Notes under the pieces: model-generated
Told to the model about the DNA's origin: nothing
What the model saw: only the letters and a program-made list of their open reading frames with translations
Database searches by the model: none
Origin: Parcubacteria bacterium RAAC4_OD1_1
Lineage (GTDB): Bacteria; Patescibacteriota; Minisyncoccia; Phycocordibacterales; UBA9973
Length of the DNA: 64,000 nucleotides
Reading direction: 5' to 3'
Assembly (NCBI GenBank): GCA_000505065.1
Contig: AWSN01000001.1
Coordinates: 403,647 to 467,646, forward strand
Part shown: positions 19,391-29,534 of the stretch, one piece after another
How positions within the stretch are numbered: position 1 is the first letter of the stretch
Layout of the letters: each line of letters starts with the position of its first letter
Position numbers and translations under genes: made by a program

Positions 19391-19411
19391 ATAGATTTAT
19401 TATACCCAAAG

Positions 19412-19482
19412 CTGGGAGACTAGGACTCGAACCTAGATAGACGGCTCCAGAAGCCGTCGTCCTACCATTAGACGATCTCCCA
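19412..19482 (-). tRNA. tRNA-Gln (anticodon CUG). CCA not encoded.
   Basis: Cloverleaf folded by hand: acceptor tgggaga/tctccca (U1-A72), anticodon loop ttCTGga, T-loop ttcgagt, discriminator G. Confidence 0.65.
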
Positions 19483-19612
19483 ATAAACTATTTACTTTTT
19501 CATTCCCACCATACGACGAACTGGCAATACATTATTCCACCCCATCATATTACCACAGAATTAAATAAAGACAATTGAAAAAATAACAATATTGAGATAA
19601 AATCTATCTTAT

Positions 19613-20266
19613 ATGAATCAAAATGAAGAACAAAAGGTTTTAGATATGATAGAGAGTGAATTTAAACAAGGTATTGAAAAGGTCCACGAATTCAACCCTT
19701 CGGTTACATTCTATGGATCAGCAAGATTAAAAGAAGATCATCCTTATTATCAAAAAGTTAAAAATTTAGCATTTCGTATTTCAAAAGAATTGAGCTATAC
19801 CGTTATGTCAGGAGGAGGGGCAGGTATTATGGAAGCTTCAAACAGAGGAGCATATGAAGCGGGTGGAAAATCGGTTGGATTAACAATAAGACTTCCAAGA
19901 GAACAACATACAAATAAATATGTCACAGATGAAATACCTTTTAATTTTTTCTTTGCAAGGCAATCTGCAATGTCTTATGAAACAGAAGTTTGTATTTTTT
20001 GTCCAGGAGGATTCGGTACTTTAAATGAACTCTTTGAGATACTTACATTGCAACAAACTGGAAAAATTGGCAAAATTCCTCTTATTCTTTTTGGAAAAGA
20101 TTTCTGGAAACCTTTTGAAAAAGTTATTGAAGAAATACTTTTACAAAAGTATGAGACTATCAGTGAAAATGATTTAAAATTATATAAGATAACAGACAAT
20201 GAGGAAGAAGTTCTTGATATAATAAAAAATAGTAAAATAAGAGACGGAGATGATGCACTTAAATAA
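19613..20266 (+). CDS. LOG-family protein (cytokinin riboside 5'-monophosphate phosphoribohydrolase / TIGR00730)
   Basis: SGGGAGIMEA and PGGFGTLNELFE motifs. Confidence 0.8.
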   Translation: MNQNEEQKVLDMIESEFKQGIEKVHEFNPSVTFYGSARLKEDHPYYQKVKNLAFRISKELSYTVMSGGGAGIMEASNRGAYEAGGKSVGLTIRLPREQHTNKYVTDEIPFNFFFARQSAMSYETEVCIFCPGGFGTLNELFEILTLQQTGKIGKIPLILFGKDFWKPFEKVIEEILLQKYETISENDLKLYKITDNEEEVLDIIKNSKIRDGDDALK

Positions 20267-20281
20267 TTAAGATTTTAAAAA

Positions 20282-20315
20282 TTGCTGGGGGCCAAAGGCC
20301 CCCAGCAATTTTATT
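20282..20315. terminator. Bidirectional terminator between LOG (+) and pyrG (-)
   Basis: ttgctgggggcc-aaa-ggcccccagcaa followed by TTTTATTTT. Confidence 0.75.
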
Positions 20316-21995
20316 TTATTTATCCAATTTTACACAAGCTTTCACAAAAGCACTAAAAAGTGGGTGAGGTTTTAGTGGTTGTGCTTTAAATTCTGGATGA
20401 AACTGTGAACCAAGAAAAAATGGATGCTTTGAGAATGGAAGCTCAGCAATCTCACACAACACCCCATCTTTAGATTTTGCAGAAAATACCAACCCTGCCT
20501 TTTCTAGCCTATCTACATATAAAGGATTCACTTCATATCTATGACGATGACGTTCACTTATTTCTTCTTTACCATAAGCTTTATAAGCAACAGTCCCTTT
20601 TTTTACAATTGCAGGATAAGCCCCAAGTCTCATACTACCTCCCATTTTTTTATTTTCAATTTTTTCTTTTTGTTCTTCCATTATAGTAATTACAAGATTT
20701 TTAGATTTTGAATTTATTTCCAAAGTATGAGCATCAGAAATTTTAAGAACATTTCTTGCGTATTCAATAATCATAAGTTGCATACCATAACAAAGACCTA
20801 AATATGGAATATTATTCTCTCTTACATATTTAATAGCCATAAGTATACCTTCGATGCCACGTGAACCAAAACCACCAGGAACAATGACTCCATCATAATC
20901 CTTTAAAATTTTTACAGATTTTGGATTTTTTTCAAAGTCAGTAGAAGATATCCAAGTAAGAACTGGTTTTCTACCTTCTTTGTAACAAGAATATTTTATA
21001 GCTTCAATAACAGAAAGATATGAGTCAGACAAAGTAAAATCTCCTGTTGCAAAATATTTACCAACAACAGCAATTTTTAATTCTTTCTTTGCGGTATGAG
21101 CAGATTTAGCAAATTTAGTCCAATCAATAAAAGATGGACTTGGCATAATATCACAAGTCATACCCATTGTCTCACAAATAATGTCACTCAACCCTTCTTT
21201 TTCAAAATTCAAGGGTATATCATAAATACTATCTACATCTGGAGCAGAAATAACTCGATCTTGTGAAATATTACAAAACATTGAAAGTTTTTCTTTTCTT
21301 TTATCATCAAGTGGAAGATTACTTCTAGCAATGATAATATCTGGCTGTATACCAGAAGCATTAAGTGTACGAACCGCATGTTGAGTCGGCTTGGTTTTCA
21401 TTTCCCCCACTTTAGAAGGAATAGGTAAATAAGAAACCATCACAAAAAAAACACTTTTAGGATTTTTAATTTTCATCATACGAGCAGCCTCAAGAAAAAG
21501 AATATTTTCATATTCACCGACAGTTCCGCCTATTTCAATGATTACAACATCTGCTTTAGCATTATCTCTTGCTTTCTCTATCCTTCTAATCACTTCAAGT
21601 GGTATGTGTGGAACCACTTGCACACAAGCTCCACCATAAGATAAATTTCTTTCTCTCTCAATAACACTTTGATAAACTCTCCCAGTAGTCATATAATTTA
21701 TATGAGAAAGATCCGTGCCTATAAACCTCTCATAGTTTCCCATATCTTGGTCTGTCTCATCTCCATCATCAAGAACAAAAACTTCTCCGTGTTCTGTTGG
21801 ATTCATTGTCCCTGCATCTATGTTTATATATGGGTCTATCTTCATAGAAGTGACTCTTTTTCCTCTATCAGATAAAATCTTTCCAATAGAAGAAGCAGCG
21901 ACACCCTTCCCGACACCTGAGATAACTCCACCGACAACAAAAATATATTTACAATCACAAATATCCTTTATATTATTTTTTTTGTCTTTAACCAT
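20316..21995 (-). CDS. pyrG: CTP synthase
   Basis: N-terminal synthetase domain (FVVGGVISGVGKG) and a C-terminal class I glutamine amidotransferase domain (GLCYGMQ). Confidence 0.95.
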   Translation of the reverse strand: MVKDKKNNIKDICDCKYIFVVGGVISGVGKGVAASSIGKILSDRGKRVTSMKIDPYINIDAGTMNPTEHGEVFVLDDGDETDQDMGNYERFIGTDLSHINYMTTGRVYQSVIERERNLSYGGACVQVVPHIPLEVIRRIEKARDNAKADVVIIEIGGTVGEYENILFLEAARMMKIKNPKSVFFVMVSYLPIPSKVGEMKTKPTQHAVRTLNASGIQPDIIIARSNLPLDDKRKEKLSMFCNISQDRVISAPDVDSIYDIPLNFEKEGLSDIICETMGMTCDIMPSPSFIDWTKFAKSAHTAKKELKIAVVGKYFATGDFTLSDSYLSVIEAIKYSCYKEGRKPVLTWISSTDFEKNPKSVKILKDYDGVIVPGGFGSRGIEGILMAIKYVRENNIPYLGLCYGMQLMIIEYARNVLKISDAHTLEINSKSKNLVITIMEEQKEKIENKKMGGSMRLGAYPAIVKKGTVAYKAYGKEEISERHRHRYEVNPLYVDRLEKAGLVFSAKSKDGVLCEIAELPFSKHPFFLGSQFHPEFKAQPLKPHPLFSAFVKACVKLDK

Positions 21996-21997
21996 AT

Positions 21998-22921
21998 TTA
22001 TTTTCTTAGATATCTAGCAATAGCAAATATACTAGAAATACCACCTATAATAACACCAGAAATAATCATTATTAAAAATAATTGTATAAAGTTTGATTTA
22101 AAATATTCAAACATATTCACACCTACAAAGTCTGTCATAGTATCTCCAAGCCAAATAGATACGGGAATAAAAATAATAGTAGTCACAAAAGCAGAAATAA
22201 TTCCTACTAATACACCAGAAACAATAAACGGACCCCTGATATATCTACTTCCTGCCCCCACAAGCTTCATTACACTTATTTCTTCTTTAGACATATAAAT
22301 GATAAGTCTAATTGTATTAAAAGTGATAATAATAGAAATTAATATTAAGATAAAAGAAATTAATATTCCTAATCTTTCTGCTTTAGAAATAATAGATGAA
22401 AGACGATCTATTATAAGTTTGTTGTCATGATAGTCTATTTTATCTATTATATTTAAACTACTATTAGAAAGCACCCCATTATCCTCAAAATAATTTGAAA
22501 TACTCTCATACTGAGATGGATCTTTAGCTTTTACATTAAGTGATGCACCTAATGGATTTTCCCCAAGCTCTTCCAAGGCTTGAAGTGTGAGAAAATCATT
22601 GGCATGTTTTTCTTTAAATTCATTTAATGCTTCTTCTTGAGAAGTGTAAGATACGTCTTTAACCTCTGGTAAACCTTTTAAAGCAAATTCAATTTCTTTT
22701 ATATCATCTTCGCTCACATTAGGGATAAAATAAACTGTAATATCTACTTTTTCTTTAATATCACTAAGTGCTGAATTTAAAGCAGCTTGGACAAAAATCT
22801 GAGAAGTGATAACAAAAAGAGTTATGGTCATAACCAAAACTCCAGCAAGTGATGTAAAACCACTCCTTACAAAACTTCTAAAACCAGAAACTATAACTCT
22901 TTTTAGATTAGTTGTGAACAT
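21998..22921 (-). CDS. ftsX: Cell-division permease-like protein FtsX
   Basis: Four-TM topology with a large extracytoplasmic loop. Directly downstream of ftsE. Confidence 0.8.
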   Translation of the reverse strand: MFTTNLKRVIVSGFRSFVRSGFTSLAGVLVMTITLFVITSQIFVQAALNSALSDIKEKVDITVYFIPNVSEDDIKEIEFALKGLPEVKDVSYTSQEEALNEFKEKHANDFLTLQALEELGENPLGASLNVKAKDPSQYESISNYFEDNGVLSNSSLNIIDKIDYHDNKLIIDRLSSIISKAERLGILISFILILISIIITFNTIRLIIYMSKEEISVMKLVGAGSRYIRGPFIVSGVLVGIISAFVTTIIFIPVSIWLGDTMTDFVGVNMFEYFKSNFIQLFLIMIISGVIIGGISSIFAIARYLRK

Positions 22922-22927
22922 AAAGTA

Positions 22928-22955
22928 ATTATACCCTGTAGTGAAGTTTTTTCAA
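22928..22955 (-). promoter_or_regulatory. Promoter (TTGAAA-16-TATAAT) containing the conserved block CACTACAGGGTATAAT, immediately upstream of ftsX
   Basis: Coding-strand sense reads ttgaaaaaacttcactacagggtataat. The same 17-mer recurs at 31378-31405 and, with one mismatch, at 60345-60372. Confidence 0.5.
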
Positions 22956-22970
22956 AACTCTACTACGGGG

Positions 22971-23648
22971 TTATATCATATATTTACCATCCTTATCATC
23001 TCTTGTAATTCTACCATTTTCAAGAGTAATAACTCTTTTCCTTACTTGATCTATCACACTTCTGTTGTGTGTTGTAAGTATAACTGTCGTTCCTAAATCA
23101 TTAATCTTTTTTAATATATTTACAATTTCATTCGTGTTCACTGGATCTAAATTACCAGTAGGTTCATCAGCGATTATTACATCTGGTTGATTTATAATAG
23201 CTCGAGCTATAGCAAGACGTTGCTTTTCTCCACCTGAAAGTTGATGAGGAAAATGAAGCGATCTATCTGTAAGACCTACAAGTTCTAAAACATTGGTGAC
23301 ATCTTCTCTTATTTCTTTATCTGTCCTTCCGATAGCTTCCATCGCAAAAGCAATATTTTCATAAGCAGTTTTGTTTGGTAATAATCTAAAATCTTGAAAT
23401 ACCATTCCCATTTTACGACGCAAATTGGTAAGATCTTTTTTCCCTAATTTATGAATATTTACTGACTCAAAAAATACTTCCCCATCGGTGGGGCTTTCTT
23501 CTGCTAATATAAGTTTTGTGAGTGTAGTTTTACCTGCACCAGAATGCCCAACAATAGATACAAACTCCCCTGGTGTGATCGTAAAAGAAATATCTTCAAG
23601 AGAAGTATTGTTATTGTATTTTTTTGTGACTTTATTAAAATAAATCAT
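22971..23648 (-). CDS. ftsE: Cell-division ABC ATPase FtsE
   Basis: Walker A GHSGAGKTT, ABC signature LSGGEKQR and Walker B IIADEPTG. Confidence 0.85.
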   Translation of the reverse strand: MIYFNKVTKKYNNNTSLEDISFTITPGEFVSIVGHSGAGKTTLTKLILAEESPTDGEVFFESVNIHKLGKKDLTNLRRKMGMVFQDFRLLPNKTAYENIAFAMEAIGRTDKEIREDVTNVLELVGLTDRSLHFPHQLSGGEKQRLAIARAIINQPDVIIADEPTGNLDPVNTNEIVNILKKINDLGTTVILTTHNRSVIDQVRKRVITLENGRITRDDKDGKYMI

Positions 23649-23662
23649 CTACTTTTATAATT

Positions 23663-24553
23663 TTAGCACATTGTTTTCTCTGCAACAATAAATTCATCTA
23701 TTTCGCCATTTTCAAGAACCGAGTCAACATCATGAATCTCTACTCCAGTCCTATGATCTTTAATAAGTTTATAGGGGTGCAAGACATATGATCTGATCTG
23801 ACTTCCCCATTCTATTTCTGTAGTCTTTGAAATCGAAAGTCCAGCACGTTCTTTTTCTTTATCCTCTTCTTCTTTTTTAAAAATTTTACCCCTTAACATT
23901 TCTAATGCCTTTTCTTTGTTTTGCTCTTGAGAACGCTCTGATGTGACATGGACTGATAAATTTGTAGGAATATGTACCACTCGGACAGCAGTCTCTCTTT
24001 TGTTTACATTTTGCCCTCCTGGACCACCTGATTTAGAAAATTCAATCTTTAAATCTTTATGATCAATAGAAACATCATCTATCCCTTCTAATTTTGGTAA
24101 TATTTCTACCAAAGAAAACGAAGTATGACGCTTTGCATTAGCATTAAATGGTGAAATGCGAACCAAGCGATGAACTCCATTTTCATATTTTAAAGTTCCA
24201 TAAACATTTTTTCCATTTATTTCAATACTTATATTTCTGTATCCACCATTATCATTTTTATTTTCATGAATTAAAAAAGCATTCCAATTCATCTTTTCTA
24301 TATATTTCATATACATATGAAAAAGCATTGCTGAAAAATCTTCAGCATCATCCCCCCCAGCTCCTGAAAGTATAGAGAGTATCGCTCCGCCATGATCATA
24401 CTTTTCACCACCCAAAAGATCATTTTTCAATTTCTGTATTTCTTTGATTGTATTTTGGGCAACAATTTTATCATCCCAAAAATTTGGGTTTTCCATAAAT
24501 TTTTCAAGATTTTCTATTTTTTGTTTAATTTCTTCTTTATTTATTGTTTGCAT
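23663..24553 (-). CDS. prfB: Peptide chain release factor 2 (no programmed +1 frameshift, shortened N-terminus)
   Basis: SPF tripeptide in RISPFNANAKRHTSF (the RF2-specific motif), GGQ motif SGGPGGQNVNK, NPNFWDD. One continuous 296-aa ORF. Confidence 0.85.
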   Translation of the reverse strand: MQTINKEEIKQKIENLEKFMENPNFWDDKIVAQNTIKEIQKLKNDLLGGEKYDHGGAILSILSGAGGDDAEDFSAMLFHMYMKYIEKMNWNAFLIHENKNDNGGYRNISIEINGKNVYGTLKYENGVHRLVRISPFNANAKRHTSFSLVEILPKLEGIDDVSIDHKDLKIEFSKSGGPGGQNVNKRETAVRVVHIPTNLSVHVTSERSQEQNKEKALEMLRGKIFKKEEEDKEKERAGLSISKTTEIEWGSQIRSYVLHPYKLIKDHRTGVEIHDVDSVLENGEIDEFIVAEKTMC

Positions 24554-24624
24554 AATTTTATTTATCCACTCTCTTTAAAATATCACAATTTAACAAAAAT
24601 AAAAAATCCCTGTATAATAAGAAA

Positions 24625-25626
24625 ATGATTATAAAGAGTAATCTAGATGAACTAATAGGACACACACCCATATTAGAAATAAAAACGGCTAGAAAAGATT
24701 GGAAACTATATTTAAAACTCGAATATTTTAATCCAGCTGGAAGCTTTAAAGACAGAACCGCCAAATCACTTATGGACGCGGCAGAAAAATCTGGAAAATT
24801 AAAAAAAGGGATGGAGATTTTCGAATCCTCATCAGGAAACACCGCTAAAGCGTTAGCGATGCTTTCAGCTGTAAGGGGTTATAAATTTACAGCAATAGTA
24901 GACAAGCATGCTCCAATAGATAAATTAAGATCAATAACTGCTTATGGCGGGAAACTTTATTATTGTACTGATGAACAAGATCCAAAAGGTGGGCATCTTG
25001 TTGATGTCCGTAGAAAAACAGCCAAAAGGCTCGCGGAAGAAAGAAATGGGATAAATTTAGATCAATATGACAATCCAGAAAATCCAAATGGTTACTACCA
25101 TACTTTAGGCAAAGAAATACTAGAACAAATACCAGATGTGGATTATCTTGTAGGAACGATTGGTACAGGAAGCTCACTTTCTGGTTCTGGTAAATATGTA
25201 AAAGAACATAGTAAAACAAAAATAATAGCACTTGAACCAAAAGGCTCGAGTCATTTCTCCCCACATGGACACGGGTATTTTATATCAGGGCCTGGTTATC
25301 CTGCTGGAGCAATACCTCCTAAAAATATGAATGCCTCTATTTTTGATAAACATGATTATGTTGCTGATAAAGAAGCATTCAATACGATGCGATTCTTTGC
25401 AGAGAATAAGGGCCTTTTAGTTGGAGACTCAAGTGGAATGACTCTATACTATGCTATGAGATTTATAAAAAATGAACCAGAAACAGATGAAGTAAAAAAG
25501 ATGATTCTCATTATCGGGGATAGTGGAGAAAGTTATCTTACTCACGCTTTTGATGACAATTGGATGAATGAAAAAGGATTTATAGATGAAAATATAACTA
25601 ATGAACTTAGAGAGTTTTATATTTAA
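24625..25626 (+). CDS. Cysteine synthase / CBS-family PLP-dependent enzyme
   Basis: PLP-lysine motif NPAGSFKDRTA and the SSGNTA glycine loop. Confidence 0.8.
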   Translation: MIIKSNLDELIGHTPILEIKTARKDWKLYLKLEYFNPAGSFKDRTAKSLMDAAEKSGKLKKGMEIFESSSGNTAKALAMLSAVRGYKFTAIVDKHAPIDKLRSITAYGGKLYYCTDEQDPKGGHLVDVRRKTAKRLAEERNGINLDQYDNPENPNGYYHTLGKEILEQIPDVDYLVGTIGTGSSLSGSGKYVKEHSKTKIIALEPKGSSHFSPHGHGYFISGPGYPAGAIPPKNMNASIFDKHDYVADKEAFNTMRFFAENKGLLVGDSSGMTLYYAMRFIKNEPETDEVKKMILIIGDSGESYLTHAFDDNWMNEKGFIDENITNELREFYI

Positions 25627-25659
25627 TTTTTATTTTTTAAAAAATAAAAAGATATTTTG

Positions 25660-25730
25660 AGCCACCAATTGGATTTGAACCAATATTTACGGTTTACGAT
25701 ACCATCGTTCTACCATTGAACTATGGTGGC
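25660..25730 (-). tRNA. tRNA-Thr (anticodon CGU)
   Basis: Hand fold: acceptor gccacca/tggtggc, anticodon loop atCGTaa, T-loop ttcaaat. Confidence 0.7.
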
Positions 25731-25748
25731 TTATTTTAGTGTCTTTTG

Positions 25749-25820
25749 AGCCGTCAGTGAGAATCGGACTCACGCTCTCTCCCTTACCAAGGGAGTGCTT
25801 TGCCACTAAGCTATGACGGC
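25749..25820 (-). tRNA. tRNA-Thr (anticodon GGU)
   Basis: Hand fold: acceptor gccgtca/tgacggc, anticodon stem ctccc/gggag with loop ttGGTaa, T-loop tccgatt. Confidence 0.7.
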
Positions 25821-25893
25821 ATTACCCGACCAGATATGGTTTAGGGCTAAAACTAAAACATTTTAAGAATACTATAATTTTTTATTTTTTCCA

Positions 25894-25936
25894 AATCAAA
25901 ATCTGCACAAGTCCGACTTGTGCAGATTTTGATTTA
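25894..25936. repeat. Perfect 20-bp inverted repeat (aaatcaaaatctgcacaagt-ccg-acttgtgcagattttgattt) between the tRNA-Thr pair and csoR
   Basis: The stem lacks a flanking T-run on either strand, so it is not a typical intrinsic terminator. It abuts the csoR -35. Confidence 0.6.
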
Positions 25937-25965
25937 TTGACATATACCCCCTGGGGGTATATACT
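25937..25965 (+). promoter_or_regulatory. csoR promoter (TTGACA-17-TATACT) with a 19-bp perfect palindrome in the spacer (TATACCCCCTGGGGGTATA). CsoR-type operator. The transcript is probably leaderless.
   Basis: -35 at 25937-25942, palindrome at 25943-25961, -10 at 25960-25965, ATG at 25972 only 6 nt after the -10. The palindrome matches the G/C-tract pseudo-palindromes bound by CsoR in Bacillus copZA. Confidence 0.6.
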
Positions 25966-25971
25966 AAGATT

Positions 25972-26235
25972 ATGCATAAAGATAAACAAAAATTAATAAG
26001 GCGTTTAAAAATTATTGAGGGTCAAGTGAGGGGTTTACAAGAAATGGTTCAAAAGGACATATATTGTATAGATATCATTACGCAAACTTCAGCAATCAAA
26101 CAAGCTCTCTCTGGAGTAGAGGATGCTCTGATGGAAGGACATCTCGGGACATGTCTGGTCCATCAAATACAAAAAGGTCAATCCACAAAAGCTACAGGAG
26201 AAATATTGAAAGTTTATAGATTGAAAAGAAAATAA
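25972..26235 (+). CDS. csoR: CsoR/RcnR-family metal-sensing transcriptional repressor
   Basis: 87 aa, DUF156 pattern with Cys and His (…[10 protein letters not shown]…[11 protein letters not shown]…). Position is immediately upstream of copA. Confidence 0.8.
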   Translation: MHKDKQKLIRRLKIIEGQVRGLQEMVQKDIYCIDIITQTSAIKQALSGVEDALMEGHLGTCLVHQIQKGQSTKATGEILKVYRLKRK

Positions 26236-26260
26236 TTATTTTTATCTAAAACATTTAATT

Positions 26261-28501
26261 ATGAAAAATAAAATTTTTAAAATTGAAGGGATGCACTGTG
26301 CTAGTTGTGCAACTATCATATCAAAAGAAGTATCGAAACTTCCTGGTATAAATAAAGTAAACGTTAACTTTGCAAATGAAAAAGCAAAGATTGATTTTGA
26401 TGAAAATAAAACGAACTTAGAAATTATGAATTCAAGTATAGAAAAGCTTGGTTATCATATTGTAGACCAAGAAGGATCCACTCCATATAACCAAATGAAG
26501 ACAAAAAGTGATATAGAAGAGATAAATAATAAATCAAAGACTAAATTTATAATGCCAATCTCTATTATAGTATTCTTTATTATGATGTGGGATATATTGG
26601 CAAAAACTTCAAGCCTAGTACCAAACATTCCAATACCAATGGAACTACTAAATACAATAATGATGATAATTTCAACTATTGTCCTATTTTATATAGGTAA
26701 GCCATTCTTAAAAGGAGTAACTAGATTCATAAGGTACGGTAAAGCTAATATGGATACATTGATAGGAATAGGGACACTAACTGCTTATATTTATAGCTCT
26801 ATCATCACCCTCTTCCCCCAGGTAAATATGGCTATGAATTTACCAGATTATACTTATTTTGATGTTGTAATTGTAGTAATCGGATTTATAACATTTGGTA
26901 AATATCTTGAATCTCGTTCAAAAAAGAAAACGGGTGAAGCTATCGAAAAACTTATCAAGCTTGGTGCTAAAACAGCAATAGTAAAAAGAGACGGGAAGGA
27001 AATAGAAATAGAGGTAAGTGAGGTAAAGGTAGGAGATATGATAATAGTCAAACCTGGAATGAAAATACCAGTCGATGGAAAAATAACAGAAGGCACAACT
27101 TCTATAGATGAAAGTATGATTACAGGAGAGTCAATGCCCGTAGATAAAAAAGTGGGAGATATAGTAACAGGAGCAACAATAAACAAACAAGGTAGTATTG
27201 TATTTGAAGCTACAAAAGTAGGAGAAGAAACAGTACTCTCTTCCATAATAAAAATGGTTGAAAACGCTCAAGGATCAAAAGCTCCAATAGAAGCTTTAGC
27301 TGATAGGGTATCAAATATTTTTGTACCAACAGTGCTTATTGTTGCATTTATCACTCTTATATTGTGGATGATTATAGGAATACCTATTCTTGGTAAATCC
27401 ATAGCAATATCTTATGGACTCTTGTCATTTGTGGGGATTTTAGTTATCGCCTGCCCTTGTGCATTAGGGCTCGCTACTCCTACAGCTATTATAGTTGGCG
27501 TGGGTAAAGGAGCAGAACATGGAATCCTTATTAAAGACGCAGAGAGTTTAGAAAAATTGAGTAAAGTAGATACAATTGTTTTAGATAAAACAGGAACTAT
27601 TACAAAAGGTAAACCAGAAGTTACAAATATAGTATCTTTGGACTCTATTTATAAAGAAACAGATATTATAAAAATTACCGCTAGCTTAGAAGCTCTATCA
27701 GAACACCCACTAGGATTAGCAATCAAAAATTATGCATTATCACAAAATATTATATTGAATAAAGTAGATGATTTCGCTGCATTAGAAGGTATAGGTGTAA
27801 AAGGAAAGATAAAGGATTTAAATGTATTTATTCATAAACCAGAAGATAAAGATATAAATGAAGAATTAAGAGAATTACAAAATGAGGGAAAAACAGTGAT
27901 AATAATAGAAGTGGAAAATAAAAAAATTGGATTGATGGCTCTTTCAGATACGATAAAAGATAATGCCAAAGAAACTATAAATAAGCTTCATAAAAAAGGG
28001 ATTAAAGTTATAATGCTTACCGGAGATAATCACCTAGCGGCAAAGTATATAGCCGACCAAGTAAACATAGATAATGTTTATTCCGAAGTTCTACCAAAAG
28101 ATAAAATAGATAAAATAATATCTCTACAAAAAGAAGGTAGAATAGTAGCTATGGCTGGAGATGGTATAAATGATGCGCCGGCTTTAACAGAAGCTGATGT
28201 CGGTATTGCAATGGCTACAGGATCTGATATCGCAATAGAATCAGCGGGTATCACACTCTTAAATGGAGATATACATAAACTATCAGAAGCAATCATATTA
28301 TCAAAGAAAACTTTTGCAACAGTAAAACAAAATCTTTTCTGGGCATTTATTTACAATGTCATCGGTATACCTATAGCAGCAGGAATACTCTTCCCTATTT
28401 GGGGAATAATATTAAACCCTATTTTTGCAGGGCTTGCTATGGCACTCTCAAGTGTTTCTGTTGTCGGAAATTCTTTAAGATTAAAAGTTAAAAAAATATA
28501 A
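26261..28501 (+). CDS. copA: Copper-translocating P1B-type ATPase
   Basis: N-terminal [14 protein letters not shown] motif [16 protein letters not shown] phosphorylation site, GDGINDAP hinge. Confidence 0.95.
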   Translation: MKNKIFKIEGMHCASCATIISKEVSKLPGINKVNVNFANEKAKIDFDENKTNLEIMNSSIEKLGYHIVDQEGSTPYNQMKTKSDIEEINNKSKTKFIMPISIIVFFIMMWDILAKTSSLVPNIPIPMELLNTIMMIISTIVLFYIGKPFLKGVTRFIRYGKANMDTLIGIGTLTAYIYSSIITLFPQVNMAMNLPDYTYFDVVIVVIGFITFGKYLESRSKKKTGEAIEKLIKLGAKTAIVKRDGKEIEIEVSEVKVGDMIIVKPGMKIPVDGKITEGTTSIDESMITGESMPVDKKVGDIVTGATINKQGSIVFEATKVGEETVLSSIIKMVENAQGSKAPIEALADRVSNIFVPTVLIVAFITLILWMIIGIPILGKSIAISYGLLSFVGILVIACPCALGLATPTAIIVGVGKGAEHGILIKDAESLEKLSKVDTIVLDKTGTITKGKPEVTNIVSLDSIYKETDIIKITASLEALSEHPLGLAIKNYALSQNIILNKVDDFAALEGIGVKGKIKDLNVFIHKPEDKDINEELRELQNEGKTVIIIEVENKKIGLMALSDTIKDNAKETINKLHKKGIKVIMLTGDNHLAAKYIADQVNIDNVYSEVLPKDKIDKIISLQKEGRIVAMAGDGINDAPALTEADVGIAMATGSDIAIESAGITLLNGDIHKLSEAIILSKKTFATVKQNLFWAFIYNVIGIPIAAGILFPIWGIILNPIFAGLAMALSSVSVVGNSLRLKVKKI

Positions 28502-28503
28502 TT

Positions 28504-29529
28504 ATGGAAAATAAAAAATATAAATTCTATGTCCATGGTATGCATTGCAATTCTTGTGTAATAGTTACAGAGAGTAAAATAAAAGAATCACCAAATGTCA
28601 CATATGCAAAATCGAGTCTAAAAGATCACAGTATAGAAATAGAAGGAAACTTTGGAGATAATGAAAAAGAGAAAATAAGAGAAGAATTATCAGCCCTTGT
28701 TAAAAATAATGGTTATACTCTCTCTACAGAAAAAGAAGTATTAAATAAAAAGTGGGATGATTTCAAAATCGCTATTCCTGTAGCTCTTATATTTATTACT
28801 CTTTTTGTTTTACTCCAGAAAATAGGAATTGTGAATTTAATAAATATTTCAGAAATGTCTTATGGTGCATCTTTTGTAATAGGTATCATTGCTTCTCTTT
28901 CAACCTGTATGGCTGTAGTGGGTGGACTTGTATTGTCTATGTCTGCAACTTTTGCAAAAGAGGGGGATAAAACAAAACCACAAATCCTTTTCCATATAGG
29001 CAGGTTAGTATCATTCTTTATTTTAGGTGGAATAATAGGTGCTCTTGGAAGTGTATTTACTTTAAATACTATTACTACATTCATTCTAGGAATAATTATA
29101 GGTATTGTGATGATTGTAATGGGAACAAATCTTTTGGATGTTTTTGATAAAACAAAAAGAGCACAAGTAAGTATGCCTAAATTTATATCAAAAAGAGCTT
29201 TTGCTGTTTCAAAGCTAAATCATTCTCTAACCCCCCTACTAGTAGGCGTCGCGACATTCTTCCTTCCATGCGGATTCACTCAATCAATGCAAATATATAC
29301 TCTTTCAACAGGAAGTTTTATAAATGGAGCATTAACAATGTTCATATTTGCACTAGGAACATTACCAGTACTCGCAATGGTAAGCTTTAGCTCGTTTAGT
29401 ATTAAAAATAGTAAGTATTCTGGAGTCTTCTTTAAAACAGCTGGGATAATAGTTATAATGTTTGCATTAATAAATATTCTAAACAGCTTGGTCGTAATAG
29501 GATTAATAAAACCATTTTTAAATTTTTAG
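28504..29529 (+). CDS. HMA-domain fused to a DsbD_2/TauE-like polytopic membrane protein. Putative metal-handling accessory membrane protein.
   Basis: N-terminal GMHCNSCV metal-binding domain. Membrane Cys motifs SLSTCMAVVGG and FFLPCGFTQS. Confidence 0.6.
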   Translation: MENKKYKFYVHGMHCNSCVIVTESKIKESPNVTYAKSSLKDHSIEIEGNFGDNEKEKIREELSALVKNNGYTLSTEKEVLNKKWDDFKIAIPVALIFITLFVLLQKIGIVNLINISEMSYGASFVIGIIASLSTCMAVVGGLVLSMSATFAKEGDKTKPQILFHIGRLVSFFILGGIIGALGSVFTLNTITTFILGIIIGIVMIVMGTNLLDVFDKTKRAQVSMPKFISKRAFAVSKLNHSLTPLLVGVATFFLPCGFTQSMQIYTLSTGSFINGALTMFIFALGTLPVLAMVSFSSFSIKNSKYSGVFFKTAGIIVIMFALINILNSLVVIGLIKPFLNF

Positions 29530-29534
29530 AAAAT

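Noticed and set aside
24558-24842. 94-aa minus-strand ORF ending 5 nt beyond the prfB start, considered as the short upstream ORF0 of a programmed +1 frameshift in RF2
   Set aside because: It ends in TAA rather than the CUU-UGA-C shifty stop. It lies antisense within the N-terminal coding region of the plus-strand cysteine-synthase gene. The prfB ORF is continuous from its own ATG.
25943-25961. The GC-rich palindrome TATACCCCCTGGGGGTATA as a rho-independent terminator
   Set aside because: No T-run follows. It sits exactly in the 17-nt spacer between a consensus -35 and -10 directly upstream of csoR, so an operator is the better reading.
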